From Octopus vulgaris (lineage: Eukaryota), in the NCBI GenBank assembly GCA_951406725.2, contig OX597815.1, forward strand, positions 143,282,001-143,346,000: a stretch of DNA of 64,000 nucleotides. Reading direction: 5' to 3'. The translations under genes and the position numbers were made by a program. This document shows, in pieces, positions 25,684 through 38,040 of the stretch. Under the pieces are notes generated by a model. It had not been told where the DNA came from, made no database searches, and saw nothing but the letters and a program-made list of their open reading frames with translations. Every line of letters begins with the position of its first letter. The stretch's first letter is position 1.

Positions 25684-26891
25684 AAATAGCAACTTAGTCC
25701 CGTATAATATAATGCATTACAATTCTGAAAGGGATGCGAAGCATTGCACAATGAGAGCCCGAGTTACGTAATGCTTTCAGAATGAGCGACTGGATAATGA
25801 AACTGATTGGCACAAGATTGTTTCAATCTCTGACCTACAGTCGTGCTGTATCCTCTTTTTTTTTTGTCTTGACTATTGCTACTACAGTGGTTTCTGCACT
25901 TCGAAGTTGACTGATCTCGTCCTTCTGTCACCCAATTACTCCCAGTTCATTCATCTCTTGTCTCGTTCCTATTTGCATTGTATCTAAACTCCTACACAAA
26001 CAATTATGTCAAGTCCCTCTTTCGCAAAACATCAGCCCTGTGGAAATCTCTCTTTGCCAGTGTTTCCCCTCCAGAAGAATATAACTGCATCTGGAGACCA
26101 TAAGGCAGCCACTTCTTTCAGATCAAACTACTTCAAAAAATTTCGATCTTGTGCTTAATAAAACTTTAATTCGTACCATTACATTCCTGCTATTCGCATG
26201 GTGTCTATTCTCACTCACCTCATTATGTCATTTCCTCACCAAATGGGGAAGATCTCTTCTCCAACTTGAGACACTAGTGTCGCTGAAAATAGTTCTAAAA
26301 TGCAATGAATATCTGGTTATATTCAGTAACCTTAGAAACATTAGTTTATAAATATCGTTTAATATTTCGTGAATGCAGCTTTTGGACTTATCGTTTGATA
26401 TTTCACGAATACAAAGCGGCGAGCAGGCAGAATTGTTAGAACGCGGGGCAAGATGCTTAGCAGCTTTTTGTCTATCTTTACATTCTAAGTTCAAATTCCG
26501 CCGAGGTCGACTTTACTTTATATCCTTTCGGGGTCGATAAGAAAGTACTAGTTAAGCACTAAGGTTGATGGTAGTCCACTTGGCCTCCTCTCTCGAAACT
26601 GCTAGCCTTGTGACAAAATTGGAAACCAATATTTCATGAATGCAACTTTTGAAAATACGCCGAATGTATTTATTTGATTCAAATTTTACTTATTCACATG
26701 ACTATCTTTACTTATCAAAAACACATTTTAGTGACTTGTATAACTTTTCTTCCAATGCGTATGTAATTACTCACCTGATATTATCTTCAAAGGGATGCAC
26801 CTCTACATAACTGATATACTTTTACGTCAAAGGTGTATATCTTTACTTCCTATAAAACACAGAAATATATCTATATTTATTTGTTATGTAT

Positions 26892-27330
26892 TTACCCCGC
26901 CCAGACATAGTTATCTTCTCAGATTTCACCAAATAGGTGATAATGTGATCATGTGAGATCTGATTGTGCCTGGGAAGTATACATGAAGGAGGCTCACGAA
27001 GCTAAGACTGTCAAATACTTGTAGCTGGTAGAGCAGAAGTCTATGATGACGGGCGGGCTGCGAGTCAACTGCTGTAGGATATCCGGGTTTTGTAGGACGT
27101 TCACTCTGCAAAGCTCTAACTGTACTTGGAGATACTGGTGTAGCAAAGGGGGAAAAAAGTGGGGAGGCATGCAGCCGTAGAGAAGACCACTAGATGGCTT
27201 TGGATAAAGACCCATGGATTGTTGCTGTTGGGGTCAAATCCTCGCTCAGCTGACTGAGAGGGTCTCATACTGCATGACTTGAAACCCCCTGGGACCCTAC
27301 GAACACCACTGAGGTTGCATCCAAGAACAT
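26892..27330 (+). mobile_element. Degenerate Hero-like non-LTR retrotransposon 3' end (restriction-like endonuclease)
   Basis: Broken frames read RPDIVIFSD..LIVP/WEVYMKEAHEAKTVKY..VGYPGFVGRSLCKALTVLG..AVEKTTRWLWIK, matching the RPDIV..ELTVPWE..EVGCRGF..WLW pattern of RLE-bearing elements. Confidence 0.75.
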
Positions 27331-27586
27331 TCGTGAGATATATCTTGGAACAAACGAACTATCATTTCTCGTCAGACATAGCATTCGCTTAAATCCTTCC
27401 AACCTTTAGAGCTTCCTTTATTTTGACCTATGCTCAAGCTTCTGGTGGCTTGTCTTCTCATCTTCTCAATGTGTATCCACCACATGTTATTGTTAATGTA
27501 CTTGAGTCCATGTTGTATTCCAGTTTTCCACTCAATGTGTATCCAGCCCCTTTTTAAGAACTTTCCACGAACTTTTCTGTCCACAG

Positions 27587-27770
27587 ACTGCCATATGTTG
27601 AAACGAGTGCCAAAACTGGGATCAACATCGAAGAATCTATCGATATGATGTTACACTTAGCAATATTCCGTCATAGATTATCATTCCAAAAGAAACTAAT
27701 CCATGAAGAGGCAGTTCCTGCAAAACTGAGTCATAGCACCACTCGACGAATTAAATGCAGCTGTATATAG
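27587..27770 (+). CDS. Rab27: Rab27-like GTPase terminal exon 5 (LPYVETSAKTGINIEESID...RRIKCSCI-stop)
   Basis: Acceptor ttttctgtccacag; G5 motif ETSAK; C-terminal cysteines CSCI, TAG at 27768-27770. The five exons sum to 777 nt (258 aa plus stop) in one frame. Not in the supplied ORF track. Confidence 0.92.
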
Positions 27771-28831
27771 ATCAAGTGCTGTAGTTAAGTGAAGCTGGTA
27801 ACAGAACTTGTCAGCATATGTCTTGAGTTTCTCAACATATTCCAGCAATGGTTGCAGGTAATATATTCACATTTTTTATGTTGTTATTAAGAAAAATTTC
27901 AAAGCTCCAATCTAAATAATTCTAAAGTAATTTACCAGTGGCAAAGGTTTTCAGCACTCTATCTTAATTAACAGACATATTAAGCTTTTGCCTGCCCATG
28001 TTATTTTGGTAATTTTGTCTCAAACGTCCGTGCTTGTTTTCAGACTTTTTGTTAGCTCTTGTTTCATATGCTCTGAGCAATATAAAGCGTCCTTTAAGTT
28101 TCAAGTTACTCTGTTAGTTGAAAAACATTTGGAATACGTGTCATATATGATCCATGGGTGCCAGGGAAGTATGTCCTGTGTATCACATGTAATACACATA
28201 GCAGGCAAAGGGTTCAGCAAATGAAATTTTGTATCCTTTCACACATTCACACAAGGGTACGTTCATTATCCAACCCCACCCGTTTCCATATTTCTTCATG
28301 CCTCTGGTATTTACTTCCATCCACACACTTTCTAAATTCAAGTACCTTCAGTGTAGTTTCTGTTTCCCATCCATTTATGATTAACGAAATAAATAACAGA
28401 AATATTCTGGAGGAGCGGAATGTCAATTCACCAAATTCTTCTCCTGCTTGTTTGTAATCTTATGTCGTATCACCATAACTATTTTAATTTTTGTCAATTA
28501 ACTAACGCATTGTGTTAAACGATTTGATTTTATCTCTTTAAATTTTCAGCTCAAATCCTACCAGTAATAACTATATTCAGAAGACTCTTCTCATTCACAA
28601 TAATACTCTTAATTGAACGAATACTGACTCATAGGATTTAGATCAAATCTAGTGTAAGCGCTTCTAATACAAAGCAGTTTTGTTAACTTTAGGATAAAGT
28701 TATACGGATTTTATGGAGTAGTTAACTGAGATTATTATTATCCTGTCGATAAAGAAAATTCTCTTTCAGACATTTAATAAACTAATTTGATGATCCCTAC
28801 GGGAGAAGTGTTTTGGGATGGTTATCATTTA

Positions 28832-29052
28832 TTGTTGTTGTTGTTGTTGTTGTTGTTGGTCTTCTTCTTCTTCTTCTTCTTCTTCTTCTTCTCCTCCTCC
28901 TCCTCCTCCTCCTTCTTCTTCTTCTTCTTCTTCTTCTTCTTCTTCTTCTTCTTCTTCTCTTCCTCCTCCACCTCCACCTCCACCTCCTCCTCCTCCTCCT
29001 TCTTCTTCTTCTTCTTCTTCTTCTTCTTCTTCTTCTTCTTCTTCTTCTTCTT
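28832..29052. repeat. Compound trinucleotide array (GTT)n(CTT)n(CTC)n(CTT)n(CTC)n(CTT)n
   Basis: Direct inspection. Confidence 0.95.
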
Positions 29053-32000
29053 GTTTTATATCTCCCTGTCAGCTCTGATCGAGGACATATGATGAAAGGG
29101 TTTTCAACCATTAACTCCTAAAACATTATCTAGTTTGTCCTTCCATTTTTTTTAAAGAAGGCTGATTGTAATCTGAGTAAGATTTCGCTATGATTTATAC
29201 CACTTGTACCCACCATATAAATACTTCCAGACTTCCTCGTTTCTTATTACTATTTTGCAGGTGTGTGTGTGGGGGGGGGGGCAGGGAGAATGTAAGGGTC
29301 TGCAAAGAATCTGGCCAAAATATAGTGGAATGGTGCAATAAAAAGTATTTTGGAATTAGAATGTTACCTTGGTTATTTCTGAAAATCCTCATCATCACCC
29401 CTCACTACTCTTAGAAGTTCAACTAACATTATTCAGTATCTTTTTGTGCTTACTTTCGAGGTGAAGGGTAAGGTTTTCAAATTATATTCAGTTAATTCAT
29501 TTCAACTCAAACTCGTGTTTAATGAATTTTAATTTTATATAACAGCACTGATCTTCCACATATCAAATATATCGAATCGCAGACCTTTTAATCTTATATA
29601 GCAACACTGACCTCTAACATTATACTGTATTGTTGATCTTTTGAGATTGTATCGCATCACTCACCTTTCACATAATATTTTATCGCTGGCCTTTTATGTT
29701 ATATTTCTAGTGTTCTCTGTGGGCTCTCCCAGGCTACGACAACAGTACCGCTTCACTGTCACCATTCTGGTCCTCATCGTTGCTATACCTTATCCTGAGG
29801 AGAACTGTGATTAGACACGGCTCCTCAGAATTCAACCTACCTCCGAAGGAACTGGACATCAAGGGTTCAGAACGGGTAATACACATCAATAAAATATATG
29901 CAATTATTAGGAGTTCTCTCCCTTGGTTTTCTTAATAAAAACTATCATTGGCTCTAATTTTTTTATCGTTGTGAGTGTAATTTCAATTTACTAAACACAT
30001 TTTTACGATTTACTATTATTATGTTACCATATATATTTAGATATAATATACATCCATATCCTAGGTATTTTAGCCCACTTTCGATGGGGTGAGGTTTTCG
30101 GATTATATTCAGCTAATTTATTCCAACTCGTGTTTAATGAAGTTTGATTTTTTTAATAATATACTGCAATACATTTTGTATGTTTGTCCACACTAAAACA
30201 TAATGTTGAGTCACACAATATGTACGTTATCTTATACCTAAATATAACATATGACTGCACATTAAGTATGTTAGTTCACACTTAAATATGATATGCGGTC
30301 ATACATCAGTCTATGCGGTAAATACATTTAGAACCAAAATTAGTTGATCTTTAGGAGGCAAATCACTCTGATTCGTTACATTAATCTTATTTGAGCGACA
30401 GGTAGATCTAAATGGTCCGACCTAACACCGCTGCCTCTGCATAAATTTGTATACTCGTATGTTTGTATGTTTGCCATGTGTGTGTCTGTGTGTGTGCGCG
30501 CGTTTGTGTGTGTGTACTATGCGAATATGCTTGTATATTTGTAACTATGTATGTATGTATGTATGTATGTATGTATGTATGTATGTATGTATGTATGTAT
30601 GTATGTATGTATGTATGTATTATGTATGCGTGTATGTGTGTATTTATGGATAGATGGAGAGGAGCGCGAGTGGCAGGGTTGAAACCTAGCTGAATTGTTA
30701 CGAAGTTCGCTTCACAGTCTTGGGGTGTTGGGTTCATCCGACTCTGCAATGTTGGGTTGTAAACCCAGTTTCCTGGAAAGCTGGTTAAATGTCAACACTG
30801 CTATTTAAAAAAATGCACGGTGTGCTTCATAAGAATGTATTATGTACAAAGACGCTGTTTTGCGCTCTCTGATTCGTTATCGGTATGGTGAGCTTAAATT
30901 TCTAAACAAAAGGGCACAACGTTACTGTACAAGAATTAAAGGTTGAGAAAGAGGCACTTTCGTTTCACACAAGAATGAGGTGAATTTCAAGAGGTAATAT
31001 CATAGACCGAGTTGGAGTGAGGAAAACTTAAATGAAAGAATTATTTTTCGAGAAATTGAAAGGATAATTAATGCAATTGTCACGGGTAGTTTTATGGTGT
31101 TTTGTTGATGATGCTGTGATAGCTGGTTATGTTAATGAATGAAAATACGTTTCTTGGCTGCGTGAGGAAGTAACTGGATAATACACGCGAACATTCATCT
31201 GGAGAATTTATTGTCGCATATAAAGGCGAACCTCGCTGGCCGTTTACAGTTAACAACTGCAATGGTTACAGACCGGGTGAGATATACTGCTCTGGGATTA
31301 CAGAAAGCTACTGGTACGACAACATGCGATTTACCCAACATACTTGGAATCAATTGCACTATTATCGTGGCGACGGAGGTTCTTGAACATCTGTCTGTCT
31401 GGGCCGTCTGTCTTGGCTGTCTTCCGGGGTTGTCTAACTGTGAAAATGCGCGCCGAGCGGGTTTTATACGGAACCAGAAGTCAAATTCCAGAATGTTCGA
31501 GAAAACCCAGTCCAGACATCTGTTTACGCTGGTTGGTCGGTTAATAGACAGATCACGTGGAACTATGATGGTTTGGTCGTGATGCCTGGCCGCTTTCGAA
31601 TCACCGCTACTCAATCAAATTTGCAGATAAACTTTATCACAACCAGTGAAATAGAACTAGCCTACCTGAATGATATTTGATTAAACTCATTGCTGTCGGC
31701 AAAATATCTCAACGCAACCTTTATACCCTTATAGTCTGCAGGAATAGATTAACATCGTTCAGAATGAAGCCTGAATTGTAGATTGATGGATCGTTTCGAC
31801 ACTTTTGGGAAAATGAGGGAAAGCCTTAGACTGCTGGAAATAAAGGAACAGAGAGCACCAACAAAGTCATGATGTTAGTCTAGAAGCAAAAAAAAAAAAA
31901 AAAAGGTATTTCGTTACATAATTAATTCGGTTCCTATTTTCCCGATATTAGTGAATTGGATTATCAACTTATTCGAAATCCTTTTAGAATTAATTCCGGA

Positions 32001-33302
32001 TCATATATGGATAATCTTCGATGGGTTGTTGTAGAATATATAACGATTTCATGGCCATAGATCTTTGTGAAACCACTTCCACAATAAAATTATGGTGTTC
32101 CATAACAACAGCTTGCCTATGAGTGTCATTCAAGAATGTGTGAAGGGTCTTTTGCTGCTCCCAGATATTTAGCGTCATTGTCTGCAATGAATATTACCAA
32201 AAAGAAATAGCATACGTGTGTGTCGCACAGAAACTGTGCCTTGAATTAAGTTACTTGTTAGAAGAGTCAGGCTTATCCATTTCATTTCTAAAATATAACA
32301 TTATATTAAACGACTAGCATATTGCTATTGTGCAGTTTTTTTTTCTTGCATCCAAACATTTTACAATCTATATTTCACAGTATGTCAACAAACACGGTAA
32401 AAAAATATTTTTGAAAGACCTCTGGGCTAACGTTTTAAAAGAAATGTAAAGATTTATTGGATTATATTGGCTGGAGTACACTCTGCCTAAAACTGGAAGC
32501 AGAATGGTCACGGCAGAAATATCTTTGAACATAAGTCTAATCAATATAATGCCTAACAAGTATAGCAAAATAATATTCTATTTTATGATGCAATCGCGAT
32601 CAACATTGACAAGGGTGGTAACTCCATTACATCCGATTATCTCCCTTGGTGTATTGTTCATAGAGTTATTTCCCTTAGCCTTTCTGTTTTAGTGTTTTAC
32701 ATCTTTCAGAGTGTAGATGATATTATTGGTTCTATGTTTCATTCCATAACGTTGCATTTCGATTGAATATCTTCGTTCGAGATATTGCTGGCAATTTAAC
32801 AAGATGAGTGAATGTATCGACAATTTGAAAATTTTCTGAGAGGGATATTTGATTCAGGAAAAGTTCGAAAAGCATATTATCGAAGTCTGCAAAGTTTTAC
32901 ACGAAAATGTGGATTGAACAATATTATAGCAGGTTAACTATGCCAATTTTACTTTATTCATTTTACAAATTTGTAAGCATTCTCAATTGAAAAATTACTG
33001 CCCCCCCCCCCCACTCTCTCTCTGTTTTTGTTATTTTCTTTTTGAATATATCTTTCGGTTCTTCCAATATATGATTCAGTGTATTATAAACTCACGTTGA
33101 TATATAATCTGCTGATGAATGAAATTAGAATTGATATTTTAAAGCGAGAAGAAAAGTATTTTCATTAATGTGGGGAGGGGCTGTACGAATATGGTGAAAA
33201 GATATTATCTATGTAATAACATCTCCCTTGCTCTTGGTTTCCCATTTCTCTCTATCATCTCTATTCTTTTTACTACTGTTTGTTTGAATTCGTTGTTATT
33301 AT

Positions 33303-33910
33303 GTTAGTTAGTTAGTTAATTTGGCTCAAAAGCAAATAGCAAGGCCATGTAGGGGGACATGGAGTTAAATACAGGGTGGTGTTCATGGAAAGAGTTCAGG
33401 CCACTTGAGGTCCAGGGAGGCTTTGAACAAAGCGGTCGTCGGCATCTTCACCATCTCGTCTGGCAGCTTGTTTCACGGATCCGCAACCCAGACGGAGAAA
33501 GCTCCTCTCCTTCGACTGAGATGAAATCGTCGCAGGTAGAGCTTTTCGGAATGACCCCGCAGCCGACGCTCTGGAGCAGGAGTGAAGAACAGCTCTTTCG
33601 AGAGGTTACAGTTTCCGCTTATGATGCTGTGGGCGAGAATGAGATCACCACGGCGGCGGCGTTTTTCTAGAGAATAAAGGTCGAGCGTCCTCAGCCTTTC
33701 TTCATAGGACAAATTTTTGAGACCATGAACCATGCGGGTAGCCAGCTTCTGGACTCTTTCGAGATGCTGTATGTCTTTGAGGAGATAAGGAGAAGAGGCT
33801 TGAATCCCGTATTCCAATATGGGTCTCACCAGTGTGACATAGAGTGGTAGGAATATGGCTGCTGTGAGCATTCCGAATGACCGTCGAATCAAGAACAGAA
33901 TTCCGCGGTC
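33303..33910 (-). mobile_element. 5'-truncated CR1-like LINE fragment, second family
   Basis: LYVTLVRPILEYG, LERVQKLATRMV, LSYEERL, RRRRGDLI, RGHSEKL; (AACT)n tail. Confidence 0.9.
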
Positions 33911-34645
33911 GTATGTCCAAATTTGGCCAATTGTGTTTTTTTTTTCAATATAATTGCTTGTAATAGCAAAATATTTCTTTTAGTCAAACTATCGTATCCC
34001 TAGCTGCTCCAGCTGCTAAGATATCAAAAATTGCCAAAGTGTAGTACAACAGTTTTGCTATAGAATGGTGAAAATACTTTTCCGTTTTCTGAAAAAAAAA
34101 AGCAACATTTTGGACTTACAACAATGAATGTACCTTTTCCACTTGTAGCACGATAAAATAACGAAACGCGTATTGCCTGTATACTTAGATAAATATCACT
34201 TTTGAGAGAGGCGTACACCAACTTCTCAAAGTCCATGAATATCTTTAGTGGAGTTTACTTTATTACAAGCATTCAGACCAGGCTCCTAGTGGAGTGTTAT
34301 CCTCACCACTCAACATTTGTTCTTCACTTGTTTCAGTAATTAGAGTGCGGCAATGCTGAGGCACCACCTTGAAGAATTATAGTCGAATGCATCGATCCCA
34401 GTACATATTATTTTATATAACCTGGTATTTATTGTATCTGTCTCTTTTGCTGAACTGCTAAGTTACGGGATGTAAACACACCAACACCAGTTGTCTGTCA
34501 GTGGGTGAGGAAGAAACGCACACACACAACACACACACAACACACACACACATACACATATAAATATTATATATATATATATATATTACTCTTTTACTCT
34601 TTTACTTGTTTCAGTCATTTGACTGCGGCCATGCTGGGGCATATA

Positions 34646-34677
<32 letters not shown>

Positions 34678-34897
34678 CTCTTTTACTTGTTTCAGTCATT
34701 TGACTGTGGTCATGCTGGAGTATCACCTTTAGTCAAGCAAATCGACCCCTGGACTTATTCTTTGTAAACCTAGTACTTATTCTATCGGTTTCTTTTGCCG
34801 AAACGCTAAGTTACGGGGATGTAAACACATCAGCATCAGTTGTCAACCGATATTGGGGGAACAAACAGACACACAAACATATACACACACATACATA

Positions 34898-34965
<68 letters not shown>

Positions 34966-35136
34966 TACGATGGGCTTCTTTCAGTTTCTGTCTACAAAAT
35001 CCACTCACAAGACTTTGGTCGTCTCAAGGCTATTGTAGAAGACACTTGTCCAAGGTGCCATGCAGTGGGACTGAACCCGGAACCATGTGGTTGTTAAGCA
35101 AGCTACTTACCACACAGCGACTACACATAAACACAT

Positions 35137-35247
<111 letters not shown>

Positions 35248-36394
35248 ACCCTACAGTCTCTTATGTGGTGGTTTAATAAAGTATGTGATTGAGTATTATC
35301 GTGTAATTCATATTTGATTTAGATGTATTTCTCCGTTTTCTTATCTTGTATATATATATATATATATTTGACAAGTTTCTTTCAGCTTCTGTCTACCAAA
35401 TCCACTCACAAGGCTTTGGTCAGCCCAAGGCTGTAGTAGACAATACTTTGCCCAAGGTGTCATGCTGTGGGACTGAACCCGAAACCATGTGATTAGGAAG
35501 CAAACTTCTTACCACACAGCCATGCCTCCCAAGAGAAACTATAGATTATCTCTTTAAAATGTAAAACACATATGTTCCTCTTTAAAACACAAATCTCTCT
35601 ACCGTTAACTTTGGTCCATCTCTATTATTGTGCCAGTTACATTTTGAACATATGTAGACTCCACTCCTGCTGTCACTCTCTTCTCTCACCTAGATATCAA
35701 CAATAAAAACTTTCAATTACTCTGACTCAATGTTTTCCGTTCCCAAACTTTCAAATACATCTGCTTCCTGAAATGTGCCATCCATCAGCTGCTCATCGAT
35801 CATTTCTCTTCCTGCATCAAGGACATCTGTCTCAGTTCACTCACCTCCAAAGTTATTATTCTTGATGACATCTATGCCCACATCTTTTCTTGGTACTCAC
35901 ACTCATCACACAGCCATGTTACCAGAGTGAAAACAGAGAAACTTTCAAAATCCCAGGAAGGAACTTCTATATGATTACTCGCCTTATTATAAATAACAGC
36001 TTAATATTCCTCACACAGCCATATTAAAAAAAAAAGATATATTGTATAATGTAGTTTTAGACATACTACTTTGATACACTAAATAATAAATACTGGTATA
36101 CAATACATAATCATACACACATATAAACATACATATATACACACACAGACATACACTCTCACTTGCATTCAAATATAACAGTTTGCCCATTAGAAAATGG
36201 GCAGTTGGTAGGATTTATGCAGTTGCAGCTTGTGTTTTCACATCAGTTGTAGCAAATAATATTAACTAAGCATGTGTAACTAAATTTGATGCTATGGGAA
36301 TTAAAGAGTTTATGAAGCCAATGGGTTCTTAAGAACTGATTTTGAAATAGCTGTAGTCAATTGGACCACCCTCACACCATCCAATGGCATTGCA

Positions 36395-36715
36395 GGTCAT
36401 GGGCATGACAGCCAATGAATTTAAGGAAAGATACAATCAATACACACATTTATTTAGATGTAAGGATAGGGATAAATCCACCTCCTTACTCTGCTGCATC
36501 AGGAGACTCTGGGACTATCAAGGCAACTTTCATAACATCACAGAGAGCATCCTTAACAGAGCGCTACCTTCCTTACATGGTATTCATAATTGTCAACTCT
36601 GACTCTGTAAGAAACTGCATATGCTCCACATGCCTTTAGTACCTGGTAATAGGAAATGTTACCTATCTTGTTGCCACCAGAACTATGCACTGTTAATGAA
36701 CTTCAAGTTATTTAC
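36395..36715 (+). mobile_element. Penelope-like element remnant, GIY-YIG endonuclease C-terminal part
   Basis: GMTANEFKERYNQY..FR..STSL..I..L..ITESIL.RA.P...CQL follows the FKERYxxH..STxLSxxIW..CxLC pattern of Penelope-like elements; stops and frameshifts present. Confidence 0.7.
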
Positions 36716-36799
36716 CACTGATAACCTAGATATACCACCCTAAAATAAGCTGGCCCATATGTATTGGCAGGATATATAATTTCTGCTGCCCATTGCAAA

Positions 36800-38040
36800 G
36801 ACGTATGAGAAGACCAGAGCTTGTATGTTGTCATCTGACAGAGTAAAGGAGTTCTTTCAAATGCTAGCTGAGGTGCTACAAGGAGGTATGCTTGCACCTT
36901 ACTTGTTTGAAATTGTATTGGATTATGCAATGCAGCAGGCTATAGACAACAGTGATGACCTTGGTTTTATCATAAACCGGGAAAGATCATGGAAAATGCC
37001 AGCAGTAATCATCACAGACTTGGACTTTTTTGATGATATTGTTCCTTTCTCAAGTCATGCTTGGTTCATAGAGCCAGTTTCCCCAGTTTCCTTGGCATAT
37101 AGGTTCCCCACCGGTCCATCACAGGTGAGCTGCAAGATGCAGGAGGAAAGAGTGAGAGAAAGTTGTGGTAAAAGAGTCAGCAGAAGTTTGCCATTACCTT
37201 CTGCCAAAGCCGCATGGAGCTTAGGTGTTTCGCTCATAAATACACATATTGCCTGGTCTGAGATTTGAACCCCACAATCCCTCAACCGCGAGTCGCTGCT
37301 CTAACCACTAGGACATGTGCCTCCACTTTTTGATGATATAGCACTCATATATAATGAAATAGATCAAGCTCAACAGCTGCTCAACAAAGTAGAAACTGCT
37401 AAAATAGGACTGCATACAAATATCAAGAAAACAGGACATATGTCTTTAATCAATCAATTGATGCTGAACTGTTAGCTTTGAGTGGTTCCAAACTGAATGT
37501 TGTTGAAGATTTCAAGTACTTTGGTGGTTGAGTGAGCAGTTCAGAAGCAGACACCAAGATCAGGAAGGCATAAAAGTATGGACAACTTCACAAACTAAAG
37601 AAAGTTTGGAACTCCAAATTGCTCAGGCCAATTAATATCAAGCTGTTCATTGCAACTGCCAAATTGGCGTTTATTGTGTAGCAATGAAACATGGATACTG
37701 ACAAAGAAATTATCAAACAGGCTTAATGGGTGCTCCACAAGGATGCTATGAATGGCAGCAATATATGACAAATGAATGCTTTTATAGAGACCTACCAAAA
37801 GTTAGCGAGAAGATCAGGCAAAGATGGCTGCGACTATCTGCTTGTGCCACTCTGAACTGAAAGCATCGAAATTAGTCTTGTGGAACCCACTTCATGGTGG
37901 TGTAAGAAGAGGAAAACGTCGACAACTTGATTGCAGATACTGGCCTAGAATGTATCCAGGATATCAAAGCAGTGATGATAAACTGAGAAGTGTGGCGGGT
38001 GGACTTTATTGCTGCAGCCCAGGTTGGAACTTGTTCAAAA
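36800..38040 (+). mobile_element. Degenerate RTE-type RT remnant interrupted by a SINE
   Basis: VLQGGMLAPYLF.IVLDYAM..LGF..ITDLDFFDDI continues after the SINE as IALI..IDQAQQLL.KVE, VEDFKY, LKKVWNS. Confidence 0.8.
37040..37326 (-). mobile_element. tRNA-derived SINE (head 1, tail C) with 13-bp target-site duplication
   Basis: TSD tttttgatgatat at 37027-37039 and 37327-37339; tRNA-like head at the right end; similar copy at ~47895-48173. Confidence 0.85.

Noticed and set aside
28787-29121. Poly-F/S/L/R/P ORFs
   Set aside because: Trinucleotide array read in several frames.
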